Shown: positions 42,588 through 53,702, counted from the stretch's first letter. The stretch is 64,000 bases of DNA from an uncultured Spirochaetota bacterium (GCA_963783575.1 CAWAOD010000003.1:276644-340643), one strand, 5' to 3'. Translations and numbers: made by a program. The notes: a model not told the origin generated them from the sequence alone.

Positions 42588-43352
42588 ATGGAAAATAAAG
42601 AAATAATAAAAAAAGCAAGGGAGAGATTTGATCCGCTGCTTCACACGGAACATTATAAAGAAATCCATTCGGACTCAAAGCATTTGGAAAATTTAATCCG
42701 GATGATCGAAATAAAAAAAGGTAAAACATATCTTGATCTTGGAACGGGAAACGGCTATATAGCGTTCGAGCTCGCCGGAAGGGAAAAAAACATCAAAGTT
42801 ATCGGGCTGGATATTGCAGAAAATTCCATTCTTAAAAATATCGAAATTAAAGAGAAAAATGAAATTAAAAATATAGAATTTGTTAAATATGAAGGAACCC
42901 GGTTCCCTTTTGAACAAAAAAGCATTTCCGGCATCATTTCCAGGTATGCCTTCCACCATTTTCCGGATCCGGATCTGACAATTGCGGAGTTATTCAGAAT
43001 CCTTGAAGATAAGGGGTTTTTCATTTTATCCGATCCTATGACCGATGAAATTGATGAGTATAATTTTATCGACAGATTTCAATCGGTCCAGGAAGACGGG
43101 CATGTACATTTTTACCGGAGAAGCGAAATAGAAGAATATTTTAAAAAGCATAATTTCAGGGTTGAAAAGGAATTTTACAGTTCGATCAGGTACCCGCGTG
43201 AAGTGAACGAAAATTATAAAAAGCTTTTTATGGCGACTGATAGAGAAATACTGGATAAATATGAAATTACTCAGGAAAATGGAAAGGTCTATGTTAAAGT
43301 AAAAGTAATGAATATCTTATTCAGAAAAAATAAAGAACAAAATTACTGTTAA
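42588..43352 (+). CDS. Class I SAM-dependent methyltransferase
   Basis: LDLGTGNG, GLDI, SRYAFHHF. Confidence 0.9.
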   Translation: MENKEIIKKARERFDPLLHTEHYKEIHSDSKHLENLIRMIEIKKGKTYLDLGTGNGYIAFELAGREKNIKVIGLDIAENSILKNIEIKEKNEIKNIEFVKYEGTRFPFEQKSISGIISRYAFHHFPDPDLTIAELFRILEDKGFFILSDPMTDEIDEYNFIDRFQSVQEDGHVHFYRRSEIEEYFKKHNFRVEKEFYSSIRYPREVNENYKKLFMATDREILDKYEITQENGKVYVKVKVMNILFRKNKEQNYC

Positions 43353-43424
43353 TGTAAAAGTTTTATAAAAAGGGATACAAAAAATAAAATTAAAGGAGGG
43401 GCTAGGGGTGGGTAACTAATATAG

Positions 43425-43488
43425 TGTATTATTTTTAAACAGAGTAATAAGTTATTAAATTTTACAATAAAATACTTTTGACATTACG
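43425..43488 (+). repeat. ~60-bp dispersed upstream repeat, copy 1
   Basis: TGTATTATTTTTAAACAGAGTAATAAGTTATTAAATTTTACAA...GACATTACG; near-identical to 63026..63085. Confidence 0.85.
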
Positions 43489-43511
43489 AAGTAGCCATTA
43501 AGGAGTTATTT

Positions 43512-44072
43512 ATGGAAAATTTGATTGTCTCAGGTATTTGCGGCAGTTTAAGAAAAGATTCTTTTAATATGAAGCTGCTCAAACTGGCACAAAAAATAGC
43601 CATGGATTATGGAACTGCTGTCGATATTATCGACCTTAATGAACTCAATCTTCCGGTCTATAATAACGATATGGAATCGAACCCTCCCGAAGGTGTAAAG
43701 AAATTAAGAATAAAACTCCTTAACTCAGATGTAGTTTTTATAGCTTCGCCCGAGCACAATTTTTCCATAACGGCCGCTTTGAAAAATGCCATAGACTGGG
43801 TATCCAGAATGAAGCCAAATCCCTTAGACGGTAAAACAGCCGCGATTTTCGGCGTATCCGGCGGTCATATGGGCACGGTAAGAGGGCAGCTCCATTTAAG
43901 GCAGATACTATCTTATTTGAATACACATATCCTGCCCCAGCCGCAAGTATGCATACCATATTCGGAAACGGCTTTTGACCCGGACGGTTCCCTCAAAACC
44001 AAAACTCTTGAGGATATGTTCATACAATTGATAAAATCCACTCTTGATTTCGCCCAAATCTTTAAGAAATAA
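43512..44072 (+). CDS. NADPH-dependent FMN reductase (ChrR/SsuE-like)
   Basis: GSLRKDSFN, SPEHN.S...LKNAIDW.SR, SGG..G..R.Q..LR. Confidence 0.93.
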   Translation: MENLIVSGICGSLRKDSFNMKLLKLAQKIAMDYGTAVDIIDLNELNLPVYNNDMESNPPEGVKKLRIKLLNSDVVFIASPEHNFSITAALKNAIDWVSRMKPNPLDGKTAAIFGVSGGHMGTVRGQLHLRQILSYLNTHILPQPQVCIPYSETAFDPDGSLKTKTLEDMFIQLIKSTLDFAQIFKK

Positions 44073-44124
44073 ACAAAAAAATATCTTGATTAATCTTGAT
44101 AAATTAATTATCCTGTGATATATT

Positions 44125-44159
44125 TAACTAACCGGTTAGTTTAACTAAACGGTTAGTTA
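44125..44159. promoter_or_regulatory. Tandem palindromic operators (probable TetR sites)
   Basis: Perfect palindrome AACTAACCGGTTAGTT followed by TAACTAAACGGTTAGTTA, just before the TetR RBS. Confidence 0.8.
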
Positions 44160-44173
44160 ATAAGGAGGGGAAT

Positions 44174-44812
44174 ATGAATACAAGAGTACCCGATAATCCC
44201 GGAAAGGAGAGCAGGGGTGACGCGACTCAAATTAAAATCCTTGAAGCGGCGGAAGAAGTCTTCTCTTCAAAAGGTTATGACGGAGCCCGTGTTGATGAAA
44301 TCGCGGAGCACGCGGGCGTGAACAAAGCGATGCTTTATTACTATTTTCAAAGCAAGGAACTGCTTCTCCAGGCTTTAATCAAAAAAAACATATCAGAGAG
44401 CGAAACAATTATCGACGAAAGTTTCAATGGAATTCATGAAATCGATGAGCAATCAATAGACCGTATAATCGACAAAATCATAGAATTCATAGAAAAAAAG
44501 AAAAATATATTAAGAATCATAACCATTGAAGCATTGAAACAGGCAACCGACAATCTTTCGATTCTGAAAATGCTCGACCCGGTTTATAAGAAAGTTGCTG
44601 ATAAAATGAAGGAATTGAATATCAATGTCCCGGATTCCACAAGCTTTCTGCTTGAAAATTATTTCATGTCCACCATACCATTAATTACATTCTTTGCTTT
44701 CGGGGATAAATGGGCGGAATATTACAGGGTTAATCCCATTGAAGTAAAGGAAAAATTCATAAAGATTTTAAAAAGGATTCATTATAACTATAGTGAATTT
44801 CAGGAAAGATGA
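44174..44812 (+). CDS. TetR/AcrR-family regulator
   Basis: [34 protein letters not shown]. Confidence 0.95.
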   Translation: MNTRVPDNPGKESRGDATQIKILEAAEEVFSSKGYDGARVDEIAEHAGVNKAMLYYYFQSKELLLQALIKKNISESETIIDESFNGIHEIDEQSIDRIIDKIIEFIEKKKNILRIITIEALKQATDNLSILKMLDPVYKKVADKMKELNINVPDSTSFLLENYFMSTIPLITFFAFGDKWAEYYRVNPIEVKEKFIKILKRIHYNYSEFQER

Positions 44813-44866
44813 TTGTTCTAAATCCTGTGAATGGCCGGCGTTACACTTGTCAAAAGGAGTACTGTT

Positions 44867-46590
44867 ATGAAGAAACAATTATTGATTTTTTTTGTGTTTT
44901 TATCAGCTACGGTATCACTTTATTCAATGGATATAAGCGGCAATTTTACGATGGATAACCGTTTTTCCACAACAAACGGTGATTTTTTCTACAACCAGGA
45001 AAACGGAAGCCTGAAGTTTGAACAGCAGGTGGATGATAACCTCTATGGGATGGCAAAAATTGATTTCATATACTACAACAGTCCGTCAGGCAGTATAAGT
45101 TATTCCGGTACTCTTGATCAGAGAGACCTTTTTACTTTATATTCTTTACAGCCGCTGGATATTTCGCTTGATCAGGCGTATTTCATATATCAGGACTTAA
45201 TGATTCATAGGCTTGACCTTACCGCCGGGAAACAGCGGATTAACTGGGGCACGGCTGACAGGCTGAACCCTACCGATCTTTTAAACCCCAACGATTTTTC
45301 AGATCCATTCGATTTCGGTAAAAAGATCCCTACCCTGGCTTTAAATGCCGTTTACCATTTTTCAATTCTTAACAGTGGAATTCAGGCGGTGTTCGAGCCT
45401 TATTCACAGATCGCGCTTATGAATCCGGTTATGCAGGAGACAATGCAGAGCAGGATATTGGATTCGCTCTACTCTTTCCCTGATAACAGAACGCCGGCTT
45501 CAGTAATTACCAGATGGATCGTTTCATCGGGAACCAGACATTTTAATAGCCCAGCCACTTCCCTGAGCAATTATACAGCCGCCGCGAAAAATATCGGTAC
45601 TTAGCGGCTTCGATCTTTTCCCTGAGCGTTCTCGACCGTGTGAATGTCGATATTCCTATAATCACCGAACTCGATACATCCGCAGATATTAATATACCGG
45701 CAACAATTAATGTTAACGGGACATTAAACTTAACGGCTACAAACGTCGGGGTACTTACGACAATTTTTACCCCAACCGGGCAGACAATATCGACCAATAG
45801 TTTCACAATCAACAGCATGACCACAAATGCGCAGACAAACCTTACAATCAGTTCAGTTGGTTTTACCGGCGGTTATTATAAAGAAACATCGCATGGGATT
45901 CGATCTTTCGAAAGATTTCGGTTTTCTTCTTGCCTGGGCAGAAGTTTCGGCAGTATTTGCCCAGGAACAGCAAACAAAGGTTTCAAACGTGAATTATGTA
46001 TCGAGCAGCGGCAATATTATTAATAACATAACTATTCCGACAACGGTTTATGTAATAGCCACAAATTCGGCATGCTTGTTACCAATTTTGTAACAACAAC
46101 CAATGTAGTACAGACGGCTAATTTTTCAACAAACATGGTTATCAGTTCAAACTTTAGCCAGGTCAGCCTCTCGAACGAAATTTACATAAAATATACGATT
46201 GGTTTTGACAAGAATTTCGACGGAGGCTGGTATCTCAACTGCCAGTATAACCACGGCTTTTTTAATGAACGGGGCAATACCGGGGATGAAAGACTGCAGG
46301 ACTACCTTCTGGTGAGGCTGGAGAAGTCATTTTTAAGCGATAAACTCAAATTAGGCATAACAGGTTTAGGCAATGTTAACAATATGTATGACGCTGTATC
46401 ATCAACGAATTTCAACGCATATATCAGTGATAACTGGGGGCTTTTAGGGCAGTTTTCAGTAAGCTATATGCCTTCCGCAAGCCTAACGCTGGAGATCGGA
46501 GTGATCGGCATCGACGGAAAGGACAGCACGACTTTAGGACAAATGCGGAATTATGACCAGGTGTATACAAAGCTTGAATATACTTTTTAA
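44867..46590 (+). CDS. Probable outer-membrane beta-barrel protein (DUF1302-like) split by several frameshifts
   Basis: Signal peptide, GKQRINWG.AD..NPTD..NP.D motif, C-terminal LEYTF; frame changes near 45590-45620, 45885 and 46070. Confidence 0.7.
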
Positions 46591-46604
46591 CAAGCGTGCC
46601 CCTT

Positions 46605-46645
46605 CCCTTCGACAAGCTCAGGACAGGCTCCGGCTCAGGGCAGGC
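46605..46645. repeat. REP-like unit CCCTTCGACAAGCTCAGGACAGGC
   Basis: Intergenic; related to the inner arms of the 58264..58404 element. Confidence 0.6.
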
Positions 46646-46686
46646 AGCTTGATCCATATTAAATAATCGATTTTTCCGGAGGAATT

Positions 46687-49393
46687 ATGGGAAAGACAAT
46701 AAAAGATACAAAACCGGGTAAAGCCCATTCGACAGGCTTGTTTGGTGATCCTGCCGAATCCACAGGGACAATGTCACGCTTGTTCAACGGATGTTTGAAA
46801 ATATATCTGGACTTTATTATCAAAAATGCAGCCGCAGTTATAGCAGTTGTTGTATTGTTTGTGATAATTACCGGGCTGGGCATCAGCAGGCTTTCCATCG
46901 ACAGCGATATGCTGCACTGGTATGACCGGGCAAGCGTTATCGCGAAACTTCAATATTATATCAACGACACTTTCAAAGTTAACAACCCGACTATTATTGT
47001 GCTTGAAACGGATGGAGTATTTAAAAGGGAAAACCTGGAACTGATACGTTATCTGTCCGGGAAAATTAAAGAAATCCCGGATGTTAATGAGGTATTGAGC
47101 ATTACTGAAATCGAGGACGTAAGGAGCACTGCGGAAGGGGTCAACATCGACAAGCTTTTTCCCGGGGATATTCCCGTAAACCAGGCAGATATAGATAAGG
47201 TTAAGAATTATGTGATGAGCCTGGAAAAATACAACGGCTCGCTTGTGTCCGCCGACGGAAAATATGCCGCCATTATTGTAAAGGGATCGCCCAATTCGAA
47301 AAGCGATGTTGTTGCGAAAAATATCAGAAAAGTGGTAAGCCAGTATTTAACTGCAAACCGAAAGGACATAAAAACCTATTTTTCAGGAATTCCATCTGTT
47401 TTAAATTCCATAACTGACATTGTCGTGAGCGACATCGGGTTTCTTGTGCCTCTGGTGGCTTTTGTCATACTCCTCGCGCATTTTGTTTCATTCAGGCATC
47501 CATACGGAACTTTTTTATCTTTACTGACAGTCGCTATCGCGACCATTGCGGCGATGGGCATTATGGGTTACGCCGGACTGCCGCTAACTCCGCTCGGCAT
47601 AGCAATTCCTGTGATCGTAATGGCGATCGGCAACGCTTACGGAATTTATATTATAAGCGCATATAATGAAGAACGGCAGAAGTCCGCCGACAAAAATCAT
47701 ATAATCTTTGAGGCGACAAAAAGGCTTATTATTCCTATCACTATGAGCGGGCTGACCGTGTTCGCGGGATTCATTTCCCTGATAACGTCTTCAGGCATCA
47801 AGGCTGTTATAGACTTCGCTGTGGTCAATTCTATAGGAATCATACTGTCTTTTATATTCACTGTTTCATTTTTACCGGCTCTGCTTAAAGTTCTTCCTAT
47901 GGCCAAAAAGAATATTCAAACGTCACCCGCAGGGACTAATAGCAAAATATTGGGAAGTTTTGCAGCCTGGGTTGAAAGAAACAGAATTCCGGTGCTCATC
48001 ATTTTTTTAGCCATTACTGCCGTTAATATTTATTTTTCGACAAGAATTAAATCTGACTCAGACTATATGAAATATTTTAAGGAAGGCTCCGAACCGAGGA
48101 TCGTAACCGCTAAGGTCAGTGAGGTATTCCAGGGGACGAGCGAACTTCTGCTCTATTTTAAGGGAGACGCGACAGACCCGGGATTGTTAAAAACCGTTTC
48201 CGCAATAGAGGAAAACACTCGGTATTACGCAGGATCGAGGTCCAGGGCTAACTCCATAGTGGAAATGATAGCGACATTGAACGCAAATATGACTGAAGTG
48301 AAACGCCTTCCTGAAACAAAAATGGAAATCGATAATCTCTGGTTTTTTATTGAAGGCAATGAACAGGTCTCCCGTATGGTCGGCAAGAATAAGCATGGAG
48401 ATGATTTCGAGCTTTTTATTACCGTTTTTTGATTCGGAAAAACGTTCTTTAATGCTCAATAATGTTGACAATCTGGTGAAATCATACAATAAAGTACGCT
48501 TTGTCAGCAGCCTGGCAGACCGCAATCCCGCCGTCTGTCTTTCATCCCTTATGCTTTATAACCGGATTATTCGCAGGGATATTAACATCCCCCTGGAAAA
48601 TATCCGTAATGCAGTTTCCAACCTGGTTTCGCAGACCGGAAACAATGAATATGCGAAAATATTAGCCGGCTATGCGCTTCAGAAAGACTGGCTGAATAAA
48701 CTCTCTGTCAGCCTGGAAAAAGATCTGCTAAAAAATAAAAGCGTACTTTCGGAGGAAGACCTGATTTATTCATTGTCGCCGCTTGTCTGGAACAGTGTCC
48801 CGGTTCCCGACGCCGGGGAAAAGCCTTTATTTGAGAGTTCAGGTGTTAGTGGCATTGTAAAGATATTTTCAGATATGGACAAAATAGTTCTTGATAACCA
48901 GATGACATCCATACTGACTGCAATCGTGATTGTAATGCTAATCATCGCGTTTATGTTCAGGTCATGGCTGACAGGTCTGCTTTCAATCATAACAGTCGTA
49001 TTTACTGTCATCGTTAATTTCGGGTTTCTGGGAATGTCAGGCATAAAACTGGATTTTGTAACCGTAACCGTGGCAAACATAACAATCGGGACAGGCATTG
49101 ATTATACGATCCAGTATATGGCTCGGTATTACCATGAAATAAATACAAACAGGCTTTTACCGAAGGATGCTTTCATAAAAACAGTCGCGACAACCGGCCG
49201 CGCTATACTTACCAACGCATTCGCTGTCGGGTTCGGTTTTGCGGTCCTTTGTCTCTCGAGCATAGTCCCGTTGAAGAATTTCGGATTGCAGATGTTAATA
49301 ACAATGTTTACTTCCAGTTTCGCGACCTTAACCCTGATGCCGGTTCTGCTGCTTTATTTCGCCAGGTTTATACACACAAAAGATATAGAATAA
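46687..49393 (+). CDS. MMPL/RND-family transporter, frameshift near 48390
   Basis: Two-repeat RND topology; second half has GTGIDY.I, GRAI..NA, FG motifs. Confidence 0.85.
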
Positions 49394-49415
49394 TTAAATT
49401 AAATCGGAGGATTAT

Positions 49416-50159
49416 ATGAAGAAAATTTTTTGGATTACAGCTTGCCTGATTATTTATACGGGTTTGTTCGGGGCTACCGGGCAGGATGTTCTTGATAAAG
49501 TAGAAACCGCCCTGACAGCCCCTAAAGATATGGAGGCTTATTATGATATGAGGCTTGGAAGCCCCGATAACGAAAAGGACATTGAACAGAGGACACTCAG
49601 GATCTGGAATATGGGTAAAAACAAGCGGGTAGTTAAATTTTTAACCCCATCCTCGATTAATAATGTCGGCGTTCTGGCATTAAGCGGGGACGAGATGTAT
49701 GTTTACCTCCCAGCATACCAGAAGGTGCGCAGAATCCAGGGAAGCATGAAAAACAATGATTTTCAGGGAACTGATTTTTCTTACCGGGAAATGGGAAGCT
49801 ATAATTATTCGGCAGATTATGAGTCTACGATTATTAAAGAAGATGATAATACTATTATATTGAATCTGACAAAAAAATCCGGATCGGATGCTCCTTATGA
49901 TAAACTGGTAATGACCGTGGACAAATCAAATTATATGTTTAAAACAATTGAAATGTTCTCAGGCGATGTAAAAACCAAAGTCCTCAATGTTCTTGAAACA
50001 GAGAAAAAAGAAGGCTACTGGACTTTTACAAAAATTCGGATGGAGAACCTTTCCATAAAGCATTTCACGGAAGTAAACATGAAGGACATCAGGTTCGATC
50101 AGGACCTTGAGGCAAAAGAGACATTTACACAGCGCTTTTTAAAGCAGTATGTGAAGTGA
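49416..50159 (+). CDS. Outer-membrane lipoprotein-sorting (LolA-like) protein
   Basis: F..P....VG.L, YLPA..KVRRI, F.GTDFSY.E, FT.R.L; in operon with the MMPL gene. Confidence 0.88.
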   Translation: MKKIFWITACLIIYTGLFGATGQDVLDKVETALTAPKDMEAYYDMRLGSPDNEKDIEQRTLRIWNMGKNKRVVKFLTPSSINNVGVLALSGDEMYVYLPAYQKVRRIQGSMKNNDFQGTDFSYREMGSYNYSADYESTIIKEDDNTIILNLTKKSGSDAPYDKLVMTVDKSNYMFKTIEMFSGDVKTKVLNVLETEKKEGYWTFTKIRMENLSIKHFTEVNMKDIRFDQDLEAKETFTQRFLKQYVK

Positions 50160-50161
50160 AA

Positions 50162-50667
50162 TTTTGCCGCAGAGCCGCGGCATGGGGCTTTATTACTCTC
50201 TTTCTGAACGATCAGAAAGAGAGTAATCAGAGAAAGAATCGCCCCTTCGCATCAGCGCCATTTTATGTTAAGTTATCTGTTTATTAAAAGGTGTTATTAT
50301 TCCAATTTTATTCAAACATTTTATTATTATTATAACCACCTCATTTCGCAGTCCTGCTGCATTCGGGTCGCGGCCCTCCGTGATTTTGCTGAAAAATGAA
50401 TTAAAATTTGAAAACTATAACCAACCTTTTCTAATTGTATTTATAACTCATTGTTATAAAATAGGATATGACACCAATAAAATACTGTTTATTAAACATT
50501 TTAAGATTTATGATGATTTTCAGTGAACACCTCCGTGGCCGCGAAATACAAATATATCGATTTATTTTAAAGGGGAATAACAACAATTATTAATCCGAGT
50601 TCTTTTTCGTTCAAACTAAAACTCAATCAGAAATGGCGCTAATGCTGTGGGGAGCACTTAAGCAGGT
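50162..50667 (+). mobile_element. Structured non-coding MITE/REPIN-like element A
   Basis: Both ends are homologous, in inverted orientation, to the ends of 57713..58197; internal hairpins and nested inverted repeats. Confidence 0.65.
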
Positions 50668-50841
50668 TTTTTTCTTTAATCAAAGATTGGTGGAAAAATA
50701 CATAAGAAAAGTAGACGGATGGTTTTAACATACTTATCAAGTAATTATAGATTCTTTTTTAAAGAAGTTTAAAGGACCACCGAATTTTTGATCCGGGAAG
50801 CTATCAAATATTATTCAATTAATTTCTTATTTAATAAAATT

Positions 50842-51729
50842 TTAACCCCAATATAATAATGAGTTGCATACTGGTGTATCAAATATTGCATTAAAATCAC
50901 CTAATGCATGTTCAAAAAGAGGATTATTAGTATCATTATAACCTTTTGGAATTTCAATATCATTCATTTTAGAGCCTTCTTTATAATTGAATATAGGCCC
51001 AAATAGCATATATTCTTTTTCAATATCTCTATCTCCATCATTTGATTTCTCTATATACTTGATATAAGTCAGGCTGTTATGTAATGGAATTTTGGTTTCT
51101 TGTATAGATAAATAACTACCTGCCATTGGTTGGTCTTTTTTGTTTCTTAGTTTTATTTCTAACTCTGTAATATAATTTCTTGATTCCATTATTCCATCAG
51201 TGCATGGAGAATTTGAAGTTGCTGTTTTTTCAAATTGGTTTCTAAAATCGACATGCTGAGATTCTGGGTCTGTTATTAATATTTCTACATGAATATTTCT
51301 TTTATGACAAATTGATTCTATAAGTACATGATCATCGTTTGTTGAAAGAAAAAATAAAAGTTTTTTATTGGCAATTCCCATTATTTTAACTTCTTTTGCA
51401 TTGTTGAAGTAATCCTTGAAGAAATTATAATCTAATTCATTTCTTTTTCTCATTTTTAATACCATATATTTTTCTTTTACAATTTCTAATATATTATCTG
51501 TTTTATTATAATGTGGCAGAACTTCCCTCTTTTTCTCTTCTTTATTTATTAATTGTGAAAAAGTATTCGTAATAAGCCAAGCAATCAGACCTGTACCTAA
51601 AGAAATAAAAATAGTCGAAAGATCATTAGGTAGAGAAAGAGCATGTTTCATGAAAAGACCTGTTAAAACAATGCCGTAAATAATTACAACAATAAAAACC
51701 CAAGTGGCTGCTTTTGTGAAAATTTTCAT
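50842..51729 (-). CDS. 2-TM membrane protein with a soluble domain resembling DUF5919/PLD-like folds (candidate effector)
   Basis: Two N-terminal TMs, then A.EVKIMGIA and VEILITDPES motifs; GGAG RBS 8 nt after the upstream stop. Confidence 0.6.
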   Translation of the reverse strand: MKIFTKAATWVFIVVIIYGIVLTGLFMKHALSLPNDLSTIFISLGTGLIAWLITNTFSQLINKEEKKREVLPHYNKTDNILEIVKEKYMVLKMRKRNELDYNFFKDYFNNAKEVKIMGIANKKLLFFLSTNDDHVLIESICHKRNIHVEILITDPESQHVDFRNQFEKTATSNSPCTDGIMESRNYITELEIKLRNKKDQPMAGSYLSIQETKIPLHNSLTYIKYIEKSNDGDRDIEKEYMLFGPIFNYKEGSKMNDIEIPKGYNDTNNPLFEHALGDFNAIFDTPVCNSLLYWG

Positions 51730-51737
51730 AAAAACTC

Positions 51738-53060
51738 CTAAAACTTTATTTTTTGTTGATCCTTTAAATCAATTAATCTAACTACTTTATTTTCATCTTT
51801 ATTATGTACATATCCGGAAATTGATTTGGGAATAAACGAAAAAACAGCATCGAAATTATTTAATCCAGTATACTTCCGCGATACATTCCCATAAACGACA
51901 AAAGCGTAAAATACTGGTTTTTCTATTATCTGACAAGTTTCAAAAAAATTAGCCCCTTTCACATATACGAAATCTGATTTGTTTATTGCGTCTAAAACAT
52001 TTTTTGTTAAAAAATTGATTTGAAAAGATATCAGGGGACATAAAGTTTTTGTTAAGAAAACCTGTTTATCCGATCTTTTTGCTAACTCTTTAAAAAGTTT
52101 GTTTTTTAATATCTTGTTAAACATATCATATGAAAAATTGATGCTGATCTGTGCAGTATTCAAGATAAGATTGATCTTAAATAAAGGATATTTTATTAAC
52201 ATATTCTGCATCCAGAGCAGGTCGGCGACAGATTCAGTAGTATCATCCAATATTGCGCACATGGTTATTTCCCTGTTCTCTTCATTTGATGAAGCCACCA
52301 TATCGATCAATATTTGCCTGTCATCTATACTTAATTTTCTCCCGATATATTTATAATTTTTTTCGTTTATATGATAAAATTTATCGTGTGGGATTTTTGA
52401 TCTTTCAATTTGACTTTCGATAAAAGAAACTCCTATTCCAAGAGAAAAAGCCATTTGATCTTTAATATCATAATTTATATATTCTCCAATAATATTTAAT
52501 GCTACATCAAGAGACATATTCGTGAGATATATTTCCTGTTTTTTAGAATTATAAATTTTTTTACCTACAATATATTCCACTGCTTTTGAAATGATATACA
52601 TGTTTATATTGTTATTAGTATATTTCAGTATTTGATTATTAGAAATTTTATATATATATGCAAGCAAGATACCGATCTTATCCAAGAGAATATCAATATC
52701 TTTTTCTAAAATTAAACTCTGATTTTTTAAATTATTTAATATTCTGAATACGGCATTCGCCGCATATGTAAAATTGACGGCTATATCCCCCGCCGGACAG
52801 TCAAACCAGTTATATGGCGGCTGATATACATCAGGGCCAAAATTAATATTTATTCCGTCAACCTTCGGCAAAAATAATTCTTTTACATTACTACCGGATA
52901 AATTATTATATATGGATTTTTTAGGGTTGAAATCTTCATAGATTTCCAAAATCCGGCAAGGATTATAATATATAACTCCTTTTACCGGCACAGCAGATAA
53001 TTTCAATTCATTTATGTTTAAATCAATTTTGTAATCTTTCCAGAATTCAATAAGACTCAT
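51738..53060 (-). CDS. Divergent ARMT1/DUF89-like metal-dependent phosphatase
   Basis: ILDDTTESVADL resembles the L.DNAGE..FD motif; DFVYVKGANFFET resembles DL.I.KG.GN.E. Confidence 0.55.
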   Translation of the reverse strand: MSLIEFWKDYKIDLNINELKLSAVPVKGVIYYNPCRILEIYEDFNPKKSIYNNLSGSNVKELFLPKVDGININFGPDVYQPPYNWFDCPAGDIAVNFTYAANAVFRILNNLKNQSLILEKDIDILLDKIGILLAYIYKISNNQILKYTNNNINMYIISKAVEYIVGKKIYNSKKQEIYLTNMSLDVALNIIGEYINYDIKDQMAFSLGIGVSFIESQIERSKIPHDKFYHINEKNYKYIGRKLSIDDRQILIDMVASSNEENREITMCAILDDTTESVADLLWMQNMLIKYPLFKINLILNTAQISINFSYDMFNKILKNKLFKELAKRSDKQVFLTKTLCPLISFQINFLTKNVLDAINKSDFVYVKGANFFETCQIIEKPVFYAFVVYGNVSRKYTGLNNFDAVFSFIPKSISGYVHNKDENKVVRLIDLKDQQKIKF

Positions 53061-53702
53061 TTAAATCCCTCCAGGAATTAAATTTCTTATTTTTTTTATA
53101 GTATTTTTTATATTATCATAATACGGATAAAGCCGCCAATCCCAATTATCAATAAGCCCGATTTTATTAGCGATTATTATTCTAAAAAATTGACTTGGAA
53201 CATATAGTGCATCGAGTATAAAACGTTGATTAATTGAATTTGCATAATACAAGTATGAAATGTTTTTTTTGCCATAACTTAGAATTTCTGTTTCATCTGA
53301 AATTAAATTTACGTTAAAGTTTTTAATCAGCATTTCTTTTAAATCAAAATCTAATGGTAAAATATGCCAATGCGCATGATCAACACAACAACCGGCACTA
53401 TTTGAAGCATTAATTGAACCATGCTCAAAAATTGTAACTTTCCCATAAGTCTTTTCAATTATAACCGATACTTCTTTCGAAAATTTTATCAATTCATTAA
53501 AAGTTGATAAATCCAGTAATGACATAGAGGAATAGTGGCTTTTTGAAACAATTAATAAATAACCTTCAATAAATTGCCCAAGAGCCGGAACTAAAAAAAA
53601 ATTTTCTGTTTCTGCTATAATATGATCATACCACTCCCTATTAAGATAACAATTTTGGTTTTGAAAAACATTAAACTTTTCACAAAATTTACATTTTAGC
53701 AT
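53061..53702 (-). CDS. HIT-superfamily (Cwf19/CwfJ-like) nucleotide hydrolase
   Basis: C.FC, PALGQ...GYLLIV.K.H, FEHG, CVDHAHWHILP (HxHxH), SQFFR, WDWR. Confidence 0.85.
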   Translation of the reverse strand: MLKCKFCEKFNVFQNQNCYLNREWYDHIIAETENFFLVPALGQFIEGYLLIVSKSHYSSMSLLDLSTFNELIKFSKEVSVIIEKTYGKVTIFEHGSINASNSAGCCVDHAHWHILPLDFDLKEMLIKNFNVNLISDETEILSYGKKNISYLYYANSINQRFILDALYVPSQFFRIIIANKIGLIDNWDWRLYPYYDNIKNTIKKIRNLIPGGI

